A DNA stretch of 64,000 nucleotides. It comes from Malacoraja senta. Its lineage: Eukaryota. Positions 13,848 to 26,141 of this stretch are shown piece by piece. Each line of letters starts with the position of its first letter. Position 1 is the stretch's first letter. Both the position numbers and the translations under genes were made by a program. The notes under the pieces are model-generated. The model was not told the origin of the DNA. It was given only the letters and a program-made list of their open reading frames with translations, and did no database searches. Location of the stretch: the NCBI GenBank assembly GCA_038087875.1, contig CM075988.1, positions 6,014,001 through 6,078,000 of the forward strand, read 5' to 3'.

Positions 13848-16519
13848 TCCTTAGAATCTGCAAATCAACAAACCAACACGATTATGTAAAGGATGTGAAT
13901 CATCAGTTATAGGGTGCACAAACAGGTTAATTCTGTTTGGGAAAATCATAAGAGGCTTTGTGATCATTTTTAACACCAGAGGGTACCATGGTTGTGTAGG
14001 TCCAATCTGGTACCACCAATACTCCCGAAGCGGAGCCCTGTTTGATCTTCTGTATACACTGACTAAATGAGGCAAAATGGAGAAAATGTATACAAAAAAC
14101 ATTCTACCCCAATGCAGCGAGAAACATCCACCGCTACTGCCCCAGGATCAGGTTCCCATGACACATATTTAGGTAATTGGTGGTTAACTCTGGATGCAAA
14201 CAAGTCAATCTTTGCCGTGCAACAATATTATTACATTTGTCACGATCCAACATTCATTCTGTATTGTCATTGAATTTACGTGACCTTGAGTCTGCAACTA
14301 TTTTGAATCTACCTGGTAGGTAGATTGCCGAAACCAAATATTTCTGGTAAAAACGCCAGGTCCAGATCACGTTAGCCAGTCTATCACAAGATTCTGACTT
14401 AATACCACTCAAATGATTAACATACGTTTTTATTTCGTAGTGTTGTCAATCTGTACCTAAACATGCAAACTTTGCATATTAGAGCAATAAGCTTTAGGCC
14501 CATAAAATGTTCCTAAAACTCTCATTAAATGATCCCTTGTTATTGGATCAAAGGTACTTTCTCCACATTCCATCTACCTCCACAGCTGGAAATACTTATA
14601 AGTATCACCCCAACCTAGAGCACTAAAATTAGTCTGTAGAATAATGGAAGGTGTTTCAACCAGGATCTCTCTGGAAGCATTTGAGACACTCATGATCCAC
14701 CATAGTATTCCAGTAATAACTGCAACTGGCAATTACATGGGCCTGGCAAAATGCCCTGAATGTATTCTCAATGCCTGTACCTATGCTTGCTGTAAATGCT
14801 GATAATGCAGCTAAATTGTACAGCCGAAAATAAGCAAATAGTTTGCAAAGCAGGCTTGCTACCTGCCTAATTGAGGGTTGGTGCTCTGTAATGAGCTTAA
14901 TGCAACTTCCAATTAAATGCAGCCTTTATCCTTGGGCTGAATCACTACCATGTGTTCTCATTTAATAATGAAACCCAAGTAATCAATTACTGTGCTTGAT
15001 AATAGTTTGGATTTATCTGGATGGATAATGAATCCCAGCCTCTCCAAAGTGAGCGTGACACTCATAGTTCTGTTGTAGCCTGAGTGTTTCCTACAATCAG
15101 AATATATCAAAATAGGCCATTACCAAATGGCCCTGAGCTCTTAGTAGTGCTAAGATTGGTTCCAACAACCTGGCAAATAGTCTCAGAGCTGAGGCTAAAC
15201 CTTAATACAATGCTTTAAATTGCCATAATTGACTCATCCAGTTAATTTTTTAATATCTATGATTATTACCATATACAGCCCCACAGTAATATGCATCTTA
15301 TGATCTATGCTAGCCATATAGCATTTTCTTGAAATTGGCTGTATAGTATTGGCAAATGTCTCCAAAAAACTGTTTTTTATACTGTACAAAAAAGGGTTAA
15401 GACTTGTCAGATCTAGAATAATTCTACACCCACCATCCTTATTTCTCTAATAATACACTTGGCATAAATTGGTGGTGATGGTGAACTGACTTCTTAATTA
15501 TCCCTTTTACACAATATTTTATGTTCTGCCTGAATCTGCATATTCTCTTATTTTGAGAAATATGTGTCCGGTTTGAAATATGCTGAGTAGGAGAATCCAA
15601 ATATGGGTAGAATTCAATTCTAAACCCCACAATACTGTACTGTATAAATACATCAGATTGCCATTCTTTTAGGAAGAATTGTAATCTTCCCCAACTTGTA
15701 AGTGTAAAACATTAATATGTCTCTCACAGAACCAGACCCCCTACCTCAGGGTTTGCCTGTGGCAATTGTTATCCCCTGATCTTAGTGGGCATATTGTAAC
15801 CTCCATATACCTCAGGAGGAGTGCGCCAATAACGCAAATATGGGAAAGACCGATTTGATCCTTCACTGTCCCCAGTCATCCACACATTGGTAGGGAAAAC
15901 TGCCTTTGATTTGATCTGCCAATCACCGACAGCTTCATCGAGGTCTTTTACCCTTTTTTTTTTTTTTGGCTAGATTCTTTCCAAAAACAGATTTTAGGCA
16001 ATTAAATATTAGATGGTTTACAGAGCCCCGCAAACTTAGGGTATATGTTAGGTCTTATAGCACTTTTATAAATACAGTTTATTTCAAAGTGCACACTACA
16101 TATGAGTGCTAAGTCAACCTTGTTGTGATACAGATACGTGATCTCCATCCAAACCTCTGGCCAAAGCCGTAATGCCTGACCAGCAATTTCAACACGCTCT
16201 GTCATTTTTCTATTTTTATTTTTCACCGCTGAGACTGCTTGCAGTGCTCAATATTGCGGGTTTCATATTTTTTGACAGCTCATGCATGGTCAGAACCTGG
16301 AGCTGCTGGGAGAGCAAGTAATTTATTGACATTGCTAATTTAACTCCCAATGGTTCCCCTGATAGTTTTGGAACCACAAATTTTATATATTGTGCCAAAC
16401 CTGGTCCTTTAGGCTCTGTTATTGGGCTCTGGTCCTCATATGATTCGTCTCTGAATCTTTGCGTAAAATAATCCTCCTCATGGAGGCGGCGAATTGGCAT
16501 CCTGCTTCAGGTGTTTCTA

Positions 16520-16965
16520 GCGCTGGCTCTCACATAGGCCTACGCATAGTAAACCCTTTCCCAGGTGCTCGCCGCGCAGGCTCTCCTGTAGGCCTATGCA
16601 TAGGCAGCCCTCTTTCAGGTGCTGCTGGCGCTGGCTCACCTGTAGGCCATTGCTTAAACTGTCTTTCTCCAGACATAGTTGGCGCTGGCTCTCCTGTAGA
16701 CCAACGCATAAAAATGCGCTTATCCAGGCATCGCTCACGCTGGCTCTCCTGTAGGCAAGCGCTGAGCCGGACCTTTCCAAGTACTCCCTGCGCTGGCTCT
16801 CCCTTAGGCAAACGCTGAGCCGGACCTTCCAAAGCACTCCATGCGCTGGCTCTCCTATAGGCCAACCCTAAGCCCGGACCTTCCCCAGGCACTCCCTGTG
16901 CTGGCTCTCCTGTAGGCCAACGCTAAGCCGGACCTTCCCCAGGCATTCCCTGCGCTGGCTCTCCC
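16520..16965. repeat. GC-rich minisatellite (about 50-60 bp unit) in the DIRS gag region
   Basis: About 9 recurrences of GCTGGCTCTCCTGTAGGC-like motifs; the later units add GCCGGACCTTCC. Confidence 0.8.
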
Positions 16966-17092
16966 AACGCAGACCCGAATAGACAAAATGTCTGCCTGAC
17001 TCCTCAGAGTCTACTGGCCACCCGGCCTTTTGTCTCTTGCGCCCTACAACGGTATATTTTTTAACCGTGTTAAAAAAGTCGATGGCCTTGCT

Positions 17093-18139
17093 GTAGGTAT
17101 GTTACAATGCTTACCTTCAGCGGCGCTGCAATTCTGCCACTGGCCGTGTGCGCGATTTTGGCGCCTTTGAGGGGGGGGGCGGGGATAAAACGCGGGTTTC
17201 TCCCACCTTGTCCTGGATTATATTTCGTTGGAGTGCAACCTTCTGCTGAAGAATCGTTCCGACGGGCGTTCTGTGTATTTTGTTTTAAAAATCCCCCGAC
17301 AATTTCAGCGCTGGAGTTATTTTAAAATCAGCTTCTAAAGCCGTCAACGCCAACAACGGGGACGGATTTCACGCACGGGACAGGTAAACGAAAGCCCTTT
17401 ATTTTATGTATAAAAGTGCTCCTTAAGATGCCTTTAATTCACATTTTAAGTTGCGAAACGGTGATTTTTTACCCCGAACGAACCAGCAGTATTTTTCATG
17501 CCGATACCGGTTTAAATTCACCGCAATTGCAACGTTCCAAATGATCGCGTTCCAGAAAAACCCACTCGCAAGATGATTTAAATGGCCATTAATTTACAGG
17601 TATTAAACATTAAATTCCTTTCATTTGGCCTATAAATCCATGACAATGAGATTTAAAAATTATGTTATATTGTGAATTCTTGTGTGAATGTTATTTGGAC
17701 ACTTAGGCTTTTAAAAAATGTTAATATATTCTTAAGAAATTGATAGATGTTTAGATCTAGTAATTGAATTTTGTAATTAGCTACAATTAGGTAACTAACT
17801 AATTATATGCTTTAATTTCATGTCGTCTAAGCAAGATTGTTTCATATTTGTTTCAGAATGCTTCAATCTATAATAACTGAAAATTTCTTTCAGTTCTCTT
17901 AATTTTTAAGAAAGTTATGGGCTTTTGACTGTCCTCGATCACAGCTTTTGTGTTAAGTCAATGAAAAAACAATAGGGAACAAGATGCTAATTTCCGAGTA
18001 TGAAAATGGCCATAACTTCTTTAACACTGAAGATATGAAAGTGAATTAGGTGTCAAATTAAACTTCTTTTTATGCTTTATCTGATGGGATAAATTACAGA
18101 CTTGATTTTTAAAATCTCAAAATATTGTAACATTGCTAC
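17093..18139. mobile_element. Non-autonomous DNA transposon, unclassified, 5-bp TSD
   Basis: TIRs GTAGGTATGTTACAAT / ATTGTAACATTGCTAC (14 of 16 match). TSD TTGCT at 17088-17092 and 18140-18144. Nested in DIRS; no transposase ORF. Confidence 0.75.
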
Positions 18140-18769
18140 TTGCTGCTCAAAAGGGCGCCCGCTACTCGCAGACCCGCGGTCTTTCTCGAGCTTACCTGCG
18201 GTACGCCTCTAACATCCTTTCTACATTCTGACTTGTGTTGTTCCAACTACAAGTTCTCTGAAGAAATCGACCTGAAAAACGTAAGTAAACACTTACCTTC
18301 AGGCTTTTTACTTACCGGTTTGGAGGAGCTCTGCTCACCCCAAACACACGGTCTCTGCGCTATGCGTCTGACGATATGACGCGTGTGCGGCTGGACGGGC
18401 TCTTCTTCACGTAGTCACTCACGTGACTCTGAAGTAAAATAAATGTTTGTCGTGACTTCTTTGCTCTTGTAACCTATACCCCCATTTATAAAACCAGGAT
18501 CCTACTTTCTCAAACTGTCCTTCCATTTTCAACCTTCTATGTGTATATACCCACAGACTTCTTTGCCTTTGTACCCACTTTAGTTTAGGTTGTCTCTTCT
18601 TATTCGTCCCACCATCATTTAGAATATCACATTTATTCACATTTAAATGTAATGTACCATCTATCTGTCCATCCTTCCAATCTGTCTATATCTCCTTTGT
18701 CTCTGTCGAAAAGTCCCCAAGATACCACAGGGTTCTGTTCCATTCATAACCCAATGCTCCTAGTAATTC

Positions 18770-19668
18770 AAGCCGGCGCCCTGTCAGCAGCGTGTCAGTT
18801 TTTTTCAACTTTGTTTGGTTTTTTAGTATGTTTAAATGTATGTTTTTAATGTTTCTTTGTGTGTCTTGTGTGGGGGGTGGTGTGGGGGGGGTGAGGGGGA
18901 AACCGTTTCGGTCGCCTCCTCCACGGAGAGGCGACTTTTTCCATGTCGCCTCCCCCGTGGCCTAACATCGAGGATCGGGCGGCCTTTCCCTGCAGACGAG
19001 CCCGGGGCTTCAGCGGCGGGCACAACGTGGACTCTCGCCGTGGAGCGGGCGAGCCCTCGCTGGGGCTCGCCGGAGGGGAGCGCTCCGTTCGCTAGCCCGC
19101 GGCAGCCGGCAGCCTGAAGCCGCGGTCTGCAGCCTGGGATCCCTCATGGGGGACCCGGGAGAGGAAGAAGCTTCCACTCCGCCTGCCGGCCCGCGGCCAA
19201 CGTCTACCGTGGGCGCGGCATGGACTTACCATCGGGAGCGGGGTCCCTCGCTGGGGATCCCTGGAGGGGAGCTTCGACCGACTGCCGGCCCTGCGGTCTG
19301 CGTTGCTTCTGGCTGCGGCGCGAACTTTAAATCACCGACCACCGGCCTACGGCCTACACCAACCTGAAGCCGCGGTCTCCGGGGTCTCCGGAGGCACCGA
19401 TTCAGGACTTACCTTGACTTTCATTCATCTGGACGCCCGCAGCGGCGACTGCGGAGGATTGAGGTCCTGACCACGGGGGAAAATTGAGGAGGACTGGCCA
19501 AATTTTGTGCCCTCCACCACAGTGATGAATGCTGTGGTGGATGTTTGTGTTAAATTTTTATTGTGTTTTTGTGTGTTCTTTCTCATTGTACTGCTGCTGG
19601 CAAATTCATTTCACTTGCTCTTTATGTGCAATGTGACGAATAAAACCGTATTGTATTGTATTGTATTG
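18770..19668 (+). mobile_element. GC-rich non-coding retroposon, copy A (Rex1-type tail)
   Basis: T-tract, G-tract, CpG-rich body, then GTGACGAATAAA and (GTATT)n tail. Homologous to 51072-51773 and 57958-58788. Confidence 0.7.
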
Positions 19669-19999
19669 TTAGAATCGACTGTACACTAATTCCCGTCCAT
19701 TAAACAACCTATGTTTCACTACACTGTTTCCTGTTCTTAACTTAAATTATTTTATCTGCTGATCACTTTCTTTCTTTTATCAATTTATTTTATTATTTAA
19801 TATAACATACTCAAATCCCTGGATAACATGCTCCCTGCTACCGTGTATTTGTGGACTGGCAGGATAATCAAGCGTGCATCTGTGTCTGCTCCGAGTGTAA
19901 CATACTCAGCAACCAGACCCTGTTTACACTTTGCTTGGCCGGCCAACAACAGACTCCTGAAATAGAGAGGCAAGCCTTGAGTCTTGTCAAGAGAAGGGA

Positions 20000-22900
20000 A
20001 CCAACAGCTGATTCTTATTGAAATCAAAAATATTGGTTTAATAATTAAACTCTGATATATATATATGTTATAAGGAAATATCAGGGTAAAATTGTATTAT
20101 ATATATGAATGTGAGGCCTCGTTTTAATATTTTAATATGTTATGATTAACTAAGAGAGCGGAGCGAGTTGAGCAACAACGCAATGGAAGTCAAAATAAGG
20201 TTTTTCCCCACCTACAGGTGGGTCACTTGCTACAGTGCCGACTATAGACACTGTAGCCTCACTCTTTTAGTTTTTTTTTTATTACATAAAATCACTTGTT
20301 TGTGTTTTGTGTTTAGTGATAAGAATAATATGGACATACCAACAAAAGTTAATAATTCAAAAACTCCCCCAATACCTAAAGACCTGGGATATGGACGCAC
20401 CACAAGATTCAAAGGTACTATAATTATTCAAAATGCATGACACCACACAAAAGAACCTAGGAGGAGTCTCATTTTGTAGTTGGAATATAAGAGGCATTAA
20501 TGAACCTATCAAAAGGGGTAAGATATTAGCTCAGCTAAAAATGTATAATTCTGACATTACCTTCCTACAAGAAACACACCTAAAACCTCAGGACCAAGTT
20601 AGGCTGAGGGCGAAATGGATAGGTCAAACATACCACTCTTCATTCACTTCAAAATCTAGAGGCACGTCAATTATCATAAGAAAAGGTATACCATTTAAAG
20701 CAAAGAATATTATAACAGATATAGAAGGGAGATACCTAATAGTTAATGGAGAAATCCATGACACTCCACTTACTTTGGTAAATATATATGCCCCTAACTT
20801 TGATAACCCCCACTTTTTCAATAAAATCTTCAATATAATTGCAGAGTCAAACTATCAAAATGTTATAATAGGCGGAGACTTTAATTGTGTTTTAGACCCG
20901 TACTTAGATAAATCAAGTCAAAAACAGAGAGGGAATATGAAATCGAAAACTGGGGAACTCCTCAATACCTACATAAACAACACTAATATAGCAGATGTTT
21001 GGAGAATTGTGAACCCAACTGGCAGGGAATATTCGTTTTACTCAATGGTACATAAGACATACTCACGTATAGACTACTTTCTGCTGGATACAAAATTAAT
21101 CCCCCAAACATCTAATGCAATATATCATACAAATTCAATTTCAGACCATTCTCCACTAACTTTCTTTTTAAAACTGGAAGGATTGTCTAAGAATAATTCA
21201 TTCTGGAGATTTAACTCTCAAATTTTAAAAGATCCACAAGCGAGTATATATTTAAAAGAACAAATGGAGGTCTTTTTTCAAACAAATGATACTTCAGATA
21301 TATCGCCTACTTTACTTTGGGAATCTTTTAAAGCATACATTAGGGGTATTATAATTTCATATCAAGCTTTTCAAAATAAAAAGAATAAGAATGAACAAAG
21401 ACAGTTAGAAGAACTTATTAGACAAATGGATATAGATAATGCTAAAGATTCAACAATAGATAAACATAATAAAATAATAATTTTAAAATTTAAATTAAAT
21501 AAATTATTATCTGCCAAACTTATAAGACTTTTTCAAATTACAAAACAAGAGCACTTTGAATTTGGGGATAAACCGCATAAACTTTTGGCTCGCCAGCTAA
21601 AAAAACGAGAAAAGGAACATACTATACCAAAGATCAAATCAGATAAAGGGGAATTATTAACAACACCGAAGGATATTAATAAAAGATTTGCGCAATTTTA
21701 CGAGAATTTGTATACATCTAAAACGATAATTGATTCCAATAATATCACAAAGTTCTTGGATACCTGTAATCTTCCAAAGTTAGAGCTGAAGGAACAAGAG
21801 GAACTGGGTGCACAAATCTCAATTAAGGAATTAGAAGATACAATAAACTCACTAAAAAATGGAAAAACACCAGGCCCTGATGGATTTACTAATGAATTTT
21901 ATAAAAACTTTTATGAAAAAATAATACCAAGATTACAAAAAATGTACCAATACGCTTTTAAAAAACGAATACTACCTGATACATTAGCGGAATCAACGAT
22001 TACATTAATACCTAAGAAAAATAAGGATTTAGAAGATCCTGGCTCATATAGAGCTATAGCATTGTTAAACACAGATCAAAAAATATTAGCGAAAACATTA
22101 GCCAGAAGATTAAGTAAATACATTAGTAAATTAATAAACCCAGATCAGACAGGGTTTATCCCTAAGAGATACTCTTCTAATAATATGAGACGTCTACTCA
22201 ACATAATGCACTCACACAAATCTGAAGATCAAGAATTATCAATTATTTCGCTGGATGCTGAAAAAGCATTTGATCAAGTAGAATGGAATTATATGGATAA
22301 AGTATTACAAAAATTTCAACTGGGAGAGAATTTTATTTTATGGATTAAGTTACTATATAACAAACCTACAGCTAGAATACTTACTAATAACATATTATCC
22401 TCGAAATTTCAACTATCAAGGGGAAATAGACAAGGATGCTCATTATCACCACAGCTGTTTGCTCTCATTATTGAACCGCTAGCAGAAAAAATTAGAATAC
22501 ACCCTGATATTCATGGATATAATACTAAAGACTCATATAATAAAATATCTTTATACGCGGATGATATATTATTGTATATTACAAAACCTCAAATCACTAT
22601 ACCAAATATATTAAATTTAATTGAAGACTTCGGATCTTTTTCTGGATATAGAATAAATTGGAATAAAAGTGAAATTATGTCAATAAAACCGAAAGATTCA
22701 ACACATCTTTTAAAATTCCCTTTTAAAATAGCTACAGAAAAATTTAAATATTTGGGAATCGAAATTACCAGAGCATATCAAGGTATGCTCAGGGCAAATT
22801 TTGACCCCCTACTTAATAAACTGAATACATTAATTAAATTCTGGAAAACGCTTCCGATGTCTTTAATAGGCCGAATAAACGCAATAAAAATTATCTTTTT

Positions 22901-24641
22901 ACCACAAATTTTATACCTATTTCAATCAATTCCTATATACTTACCTAAGAAGTTTTTTAAAAAACTCGACTCAGATATCACTAATTTTATATGGGACTAT
23001 AAATCACATAGAATACAAAAAACCCATCTGAATAAATCTAAAGTATTGGGAGGTCTAGCACTACCCAATTTTATGTATTATTATTGGTCAGTAAATATTA
23101 AAAACATGATTCAACTGATGGATAACTCCGCCCAGCAAGTAGACTGGATTGTAATGGAGAAAGAGGATTGCTCCTCTAGAAACATTGGAGCGATCCTCCT
23201 CTCTCCAATGAAATTGAATAACATAAACTATAATAAGAACCCAATTATTCATAGTACAATCCGTATTTGGAAACAAATAAAACAAAATTTAAAATTAAGA
23301 AACTTATCACTTTTATTACCTATAGTCAATAACCCTTCGTTTAGTCCTTCTATTATAGATAAAGCTTATACACAATGGGATAGACTAGGAATTAAAACGC
23401 TTGGTGACTTGTATGAAACTGGAAAATTACTTTCATTTCAACAATTACAAATAAAATATAAACTCGGAAATAATCAATATTTTAAATACTTTCAAATATG
23501 CGACTATTTGAAAAAATATATAAAAGATCATCATAATAACCCAGCAGATGTACTGGACGAGGCAATGCAGACAAAAGCGGAATCAGCAAACTTAATATCA
23601 TATTTGTACAATATTATCTTAAATGTACAAATACCATCTACGGAGGGTATCAGAAGAGACTGGGAACAAGAGTTAGCTATTAAAATTTCAAAGGAAAGTT
23701 GGAATGAATACTTATTAAAAGTACATAAATGCTCGATTAATGTAAGACACACTTTAATACAATTTAAAATTTTACATAGATTATATTATTCGAAAACTAA
23801 AATTCATAAAATTTTCCCAAACGTATCATCTATTTGTGATAAATGTCAATCCCAAGAAGCAACTATAGCGCACTCATTTGTCTTCTGTACAAAAATTCAA
23901 AAATTTTGGAATGAAATTTTTGAAATCTTTACAAAGTTATTTAAAACAAGACTGATACCCAAAGCAGAATGGATTATCTTCGGAATAACGGAAGATGATC
24001 CAGAACTAAATGTGTTTCAAAAGAAATTAATGGATTATGGGTTAATAACTGGAAAAAAGCTAATTCTAAAATTTTGGAAGAAGGCTCCAATACCAACTAT
24101 AAATATGTGGATTTCAAATATGTTTGAAACACTACACCTTGAAGAGATAAGACTCCTCCTAGCAGGTAAACCAGATCACTTCCACCTGACGTGGTCTGCA
24201 TTTATAGAATTATTACAAACATAGGGTGCAAAAGTACTTTAAAAAAATAAAAAATTGAGGTCGGGTAAGGGGGGATGATAGTTGAAGAGTTGGTATGTCC
24301 TATTTACGTGATGCTCAAAAAAAAAAAACATTTGTTTTTCTTTTTTTCTCTCTCTCTTTTCTTTTCTTAGGGCCTATTTCTTAACTCTTTTTTTTTTGTT
24401 TTTAATTTCGCTTTCATAGGGTCCTCGTCCTTTTTTTTTTTTGTTGTTACATTTTCTACACTTTTCTACACTTGCACTTTTTCCTTCACTTTCTTCTCTC
24501 TTTCAATCTTTTCTTTCTTTAGCGTAAAAAAAAAAATAAAGGGAGTACATTAATTGTAAGAAGATATAAATGACGAGTATTAATGTATGTGGCTGTGATG
24601 TAATGTACTTCTAATAAATAAAAATTTAAAAAAAAAAAAAA
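20000..24641 (+). mobile_element. L1-clade LINE, 5'-truncated (ORF1 missing), inserted in a decayed RTE remnant
   Basis: TSD AAGAGAAGGGA at 19989-19999 and 24642-24652. AATAAA plus poly-A at the 3' end, T-rich 3' UTR and intact ORF2. Confidence 0.93.
20433..24224 (+). CDS. L1 ORF2p (APE endonuclease, reverse transcriptase, CCHC), 1263 aa
   Basis: Motifs SWNIRG, LQETH, GGDFN, SRIDY, SDHSP, PGPDG, SLDAEKAFD, RQGCSLSP, YADD, KYLGI and CDKC..HSFVFC. No stops. Confidence 0.95.
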   Translation: MHDTTQKNLGGVSFCSWNIRGINEPIKRGKILAQLKMYNSDITFLQETHLKPQDQVRLRAKWIGQTYHSSFTSKSRGTSIIIRKGIPFKAKNIITDIEGRYLIVNGEIHDTPLTLVNIYAPNFDNPHFFNKIFNIIAESNYQNVIIGGDFNCVLDPYLDKSSQKQRGNMKSKTGELLNTYINNTNIADVWRIVNPTGREYSFYSMVHKTYSRIDYFLLDTKLIPQTSNAIYHTNSISDHSPLTFFLKLEGLSKNNSFWRFNSQILKDPQASIYLKEQMEVFFQTNDTSDISPTLLWESFKAYIRGIIISYQAFQNKKNKNEQRQLEELIRQMDIDNAKDSTIDKHNKIIILKFKLNKLLSAKLIRLFQITKQEHFEFGDKPHKLLARQLKKREKEHTIPKIKSDKGELLTTPKDINKRFAQFYENLYTSKTIIDSNNITKFLDTCNLPKLELKEQEELGAQISIKELEDTINSLKNGKTPGPDGFTNEFYKNFYEKIIPRLQKMYQYAFKKRILPDTLAESTITLIPKKNKDLEDPGSYRAIALLNTDQKILAKTLARRLSKYISKLINPDQTGFIPKRYSSNNMRRLLNIMHSHKSEDQELSIISLDAEKAFDQVEWNYMDKVLQKFQLGENFILWIKLLYNKPTARILTNNILSSKFQLSRGNRQGCSLSPQLFALIIEPLAEKIRIHPDIHGYNTKDSYNKISLYADDILLYITKPQITIPNILNLIEDFGSFSGYRINWNKSEIMSIKPKDSTHLLKFPFKIATEKFKYLGIEITRAYQGMLRANFDPLLNKLNTLIKFWKTLPMSLIGRINAIKIIFLPQILYLFQSIPIYLPKKFFKKLDSDITNFIWDYKSHRIQKTHLNKSKVLGGLALPNFMYYYWSVNIKNMIQLMDNSAQQVDWIVMEKEDCSSRNIGAILLSPMKLNNINYNKNPIIHSTIRIWKQIKQNLKLRNLSLLLPIVNNPSFSPSIIDKAYTQWDRLGIKTLGDLYETGKLLSFQQLQIKYKLGNNQYFKYFQICDYLKKYIKDHHNNPADVLDEAMQTKAESANLISYLYNIILNVQIPSTEGIRRDWEQELAIKISKESWNEYLLKVHKCSINVRHTLIQFKILHRLYYSKTKIHKIFPNVSSICDKCQSQEATIAHSFVFCTKIQKFWNEIFEIFTKLFKTRLIPKAEWIIFGITEDDPELNVFQKKLMDYGLITGKKLILKFWKKAPIPTINMWISNMFETLHLEEIRLLLAGKPDHFHLTWSAFIELLQT

Positions 24642-24754
24642 AAGAGAAGGGATTACCAGGCAAACTGAGGCAAAGGTTCGAGGATGAGCTCAAAGCCTCT
24701 TCAAGGAAATGTAATGTCCTCACTGACTCCAGGGAATCCCTGGCCCATGGTCAT

Positions 24755-25345
24755 AGAGTCATAGTCATAGAGTGTGGAAACAGACCCTTCGGCTCAACTT
24801 GCCCACACTGATCAACATGTCCCGGCTACAATAGTCCCACCCGCCAGCATTTGGCCCATATCCCTCTAAACCTGTCCTATCCTGTCTAATTCTTTCTTAA
24901 ATTTTGCAATAGTCTCTGCCTCAACTACCTCCTCTGGCATCTTGTTTTGTGTGTCGTCTGTGTCCTCGGATTCCTATTAAATCCATTTCCCTTCACTTTA
25001 AATCTATGTTCTCTGGTTCTTGATTCCCCTACTCTGGGCAAAAGACTCTGTGCGTCTACCCGATCTACTCCTCTCATGCTTTTATATACATCTATAAGAT
25101 CAGCCCTCATCCTCCTGCGCTCCAAGGAATTGAGTCGCAGCCTGCTCAACCTCTCCCTATAGCTCAGACCCTCTAGTCCTGGCAACATCCTCGTAAATCT
25201 TCACTGTACCCTTTCCCACTTGACAATATCTTGCCTATAACATGGTGCCCAGAACTGAACAGAGTACTCTAAATGTGGCCTCACAAACAACTTATATAAC
25301 TGTGACATGACCTCCCAATATAACTGCAACATGACCTCCCAGTCC
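24755..25345 (-). mobile_element. CR1 3' fragment
   Basis: VRPHLEYSVQFW and MLPGLEGLSYRERL; (GACTCTAT) tail. Confidence 0.8.
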
Positions 25346-26000
25346 ACCAAAGTAAAGAAGGAGCAAATAGAATGGTGTTGAGAACCACAAGTCCATTCAT
25401 CAGAAGCACACAGAAGGCCTATATGAATTCTGAAATGGCATAACATCTCAACAACAGCCCACCATCTCCCCTTCAGCCACCTCCTGCCCCTTCTATGGTT
25501 CCTACATTGACCTCAGGGGTCACCCCAGAACCTACAAAACTGGTAGAAGCAAGTCATCCTTTGCCTAAAGAATGAAGACTATAACTTATAACTTTAAGTT
25601 ATAAATATGTCACTTTATTCATTAGTTAGATTTCTGTCTTTTATTCACAGGTATCAATGTTTCTGCAATTTGAGCAAATCCTAAATAAAAAAGTTTCATT
25701 TGGTTATTATTTAAATTGAGTAAGATAATCAGACAAGTGGCTGGGAAGGAGAGATGTTTACTTCTGCATAATAGATTGAGCATAAAGCAGATTAGTAAAC
25801 TTGAGAGGAGTTTATCAAGGACGATGAAATAAATAATTCATGGTTATCTGAGATCTGGTCAGTGCCTCTTGTTCCTTGGGCCATGCCTGTATGCAACAGT
25901 CCAGGCACCTCACTGTGATTGCACCAGTCTTCCCATGAAAGCACTGTGGCTGGAAATCCCTCTGAAAGGACTGAGTAACGCACCCCAGGACAACTTGTTC

Positions 26001-26008
26001 TGACGTCA
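26001..26008. promoter_or_regulatory. Palindromic CRE/ATF site upstream of exon 1
   Basis: Perfect TGACGTCA about 60 bp before the predicted ATG, in non-repetitive sequence. Confidence 0.4.
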
Positions 26009-26068
26009 CGTTGATCAGAGGGGTGTTCTCCGCACATCCTGTGCCCTCTTCCGCAGCATGGTCCCGAA

Positions 26069-26141
26069 ATGGGTGATGGATTGACTTGGAATTCTCAAAC
26101 TCTGTTCAGGTTTCTCTGGATTCTGCCTCCATTGGCTCTTG
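26069..26141 (+). CDS. VSIG10L2: VSIG10L2-like exon 1 (signal peptide)
   Basis: ATG GGT GAT...GCT CTT G|GTAAGA encodes MGDGLTWNSQTLFRFLWILPPLAL with a strong phase-1 donor. It joins exon 2 in frame (G+GG=Gly, then LMILDP). Not in the ORF track because it is too short. Confidence 0.7.

Larger units (their letters stand above)
11722..18441 (-). mobile_element. DIRS1-type tyrosine-recombinase retrotransposon, complete outline, decayed ORFs
   Basis: Inverted termini ACTACGTGAAGAAGAGCCCGTCCAGCCGCAC at 11745-11775 and its complement at about 18386-18416. ICR at 11896-11926 and 12680-12717. Minus-strand RT (DGGCRIILDLTSLN, about 15400), MTase-like region (IDLFASRVNHQLPKY, about 14190) and YR. Confidence 0.9.

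Noticed and set aside
16520..16965. CRISPR-like repeat-spacer array
   Set aside because: Eukaryotic context; the intervening sequences are homologous to each other and there are no cas genes. It is a minisatellite.
17093..18139. RAG/Transib relative
   Set aside because: The 5-bp TSD fits, but the termini lack CAC and RSS-like heptamer/nonamer motifs.
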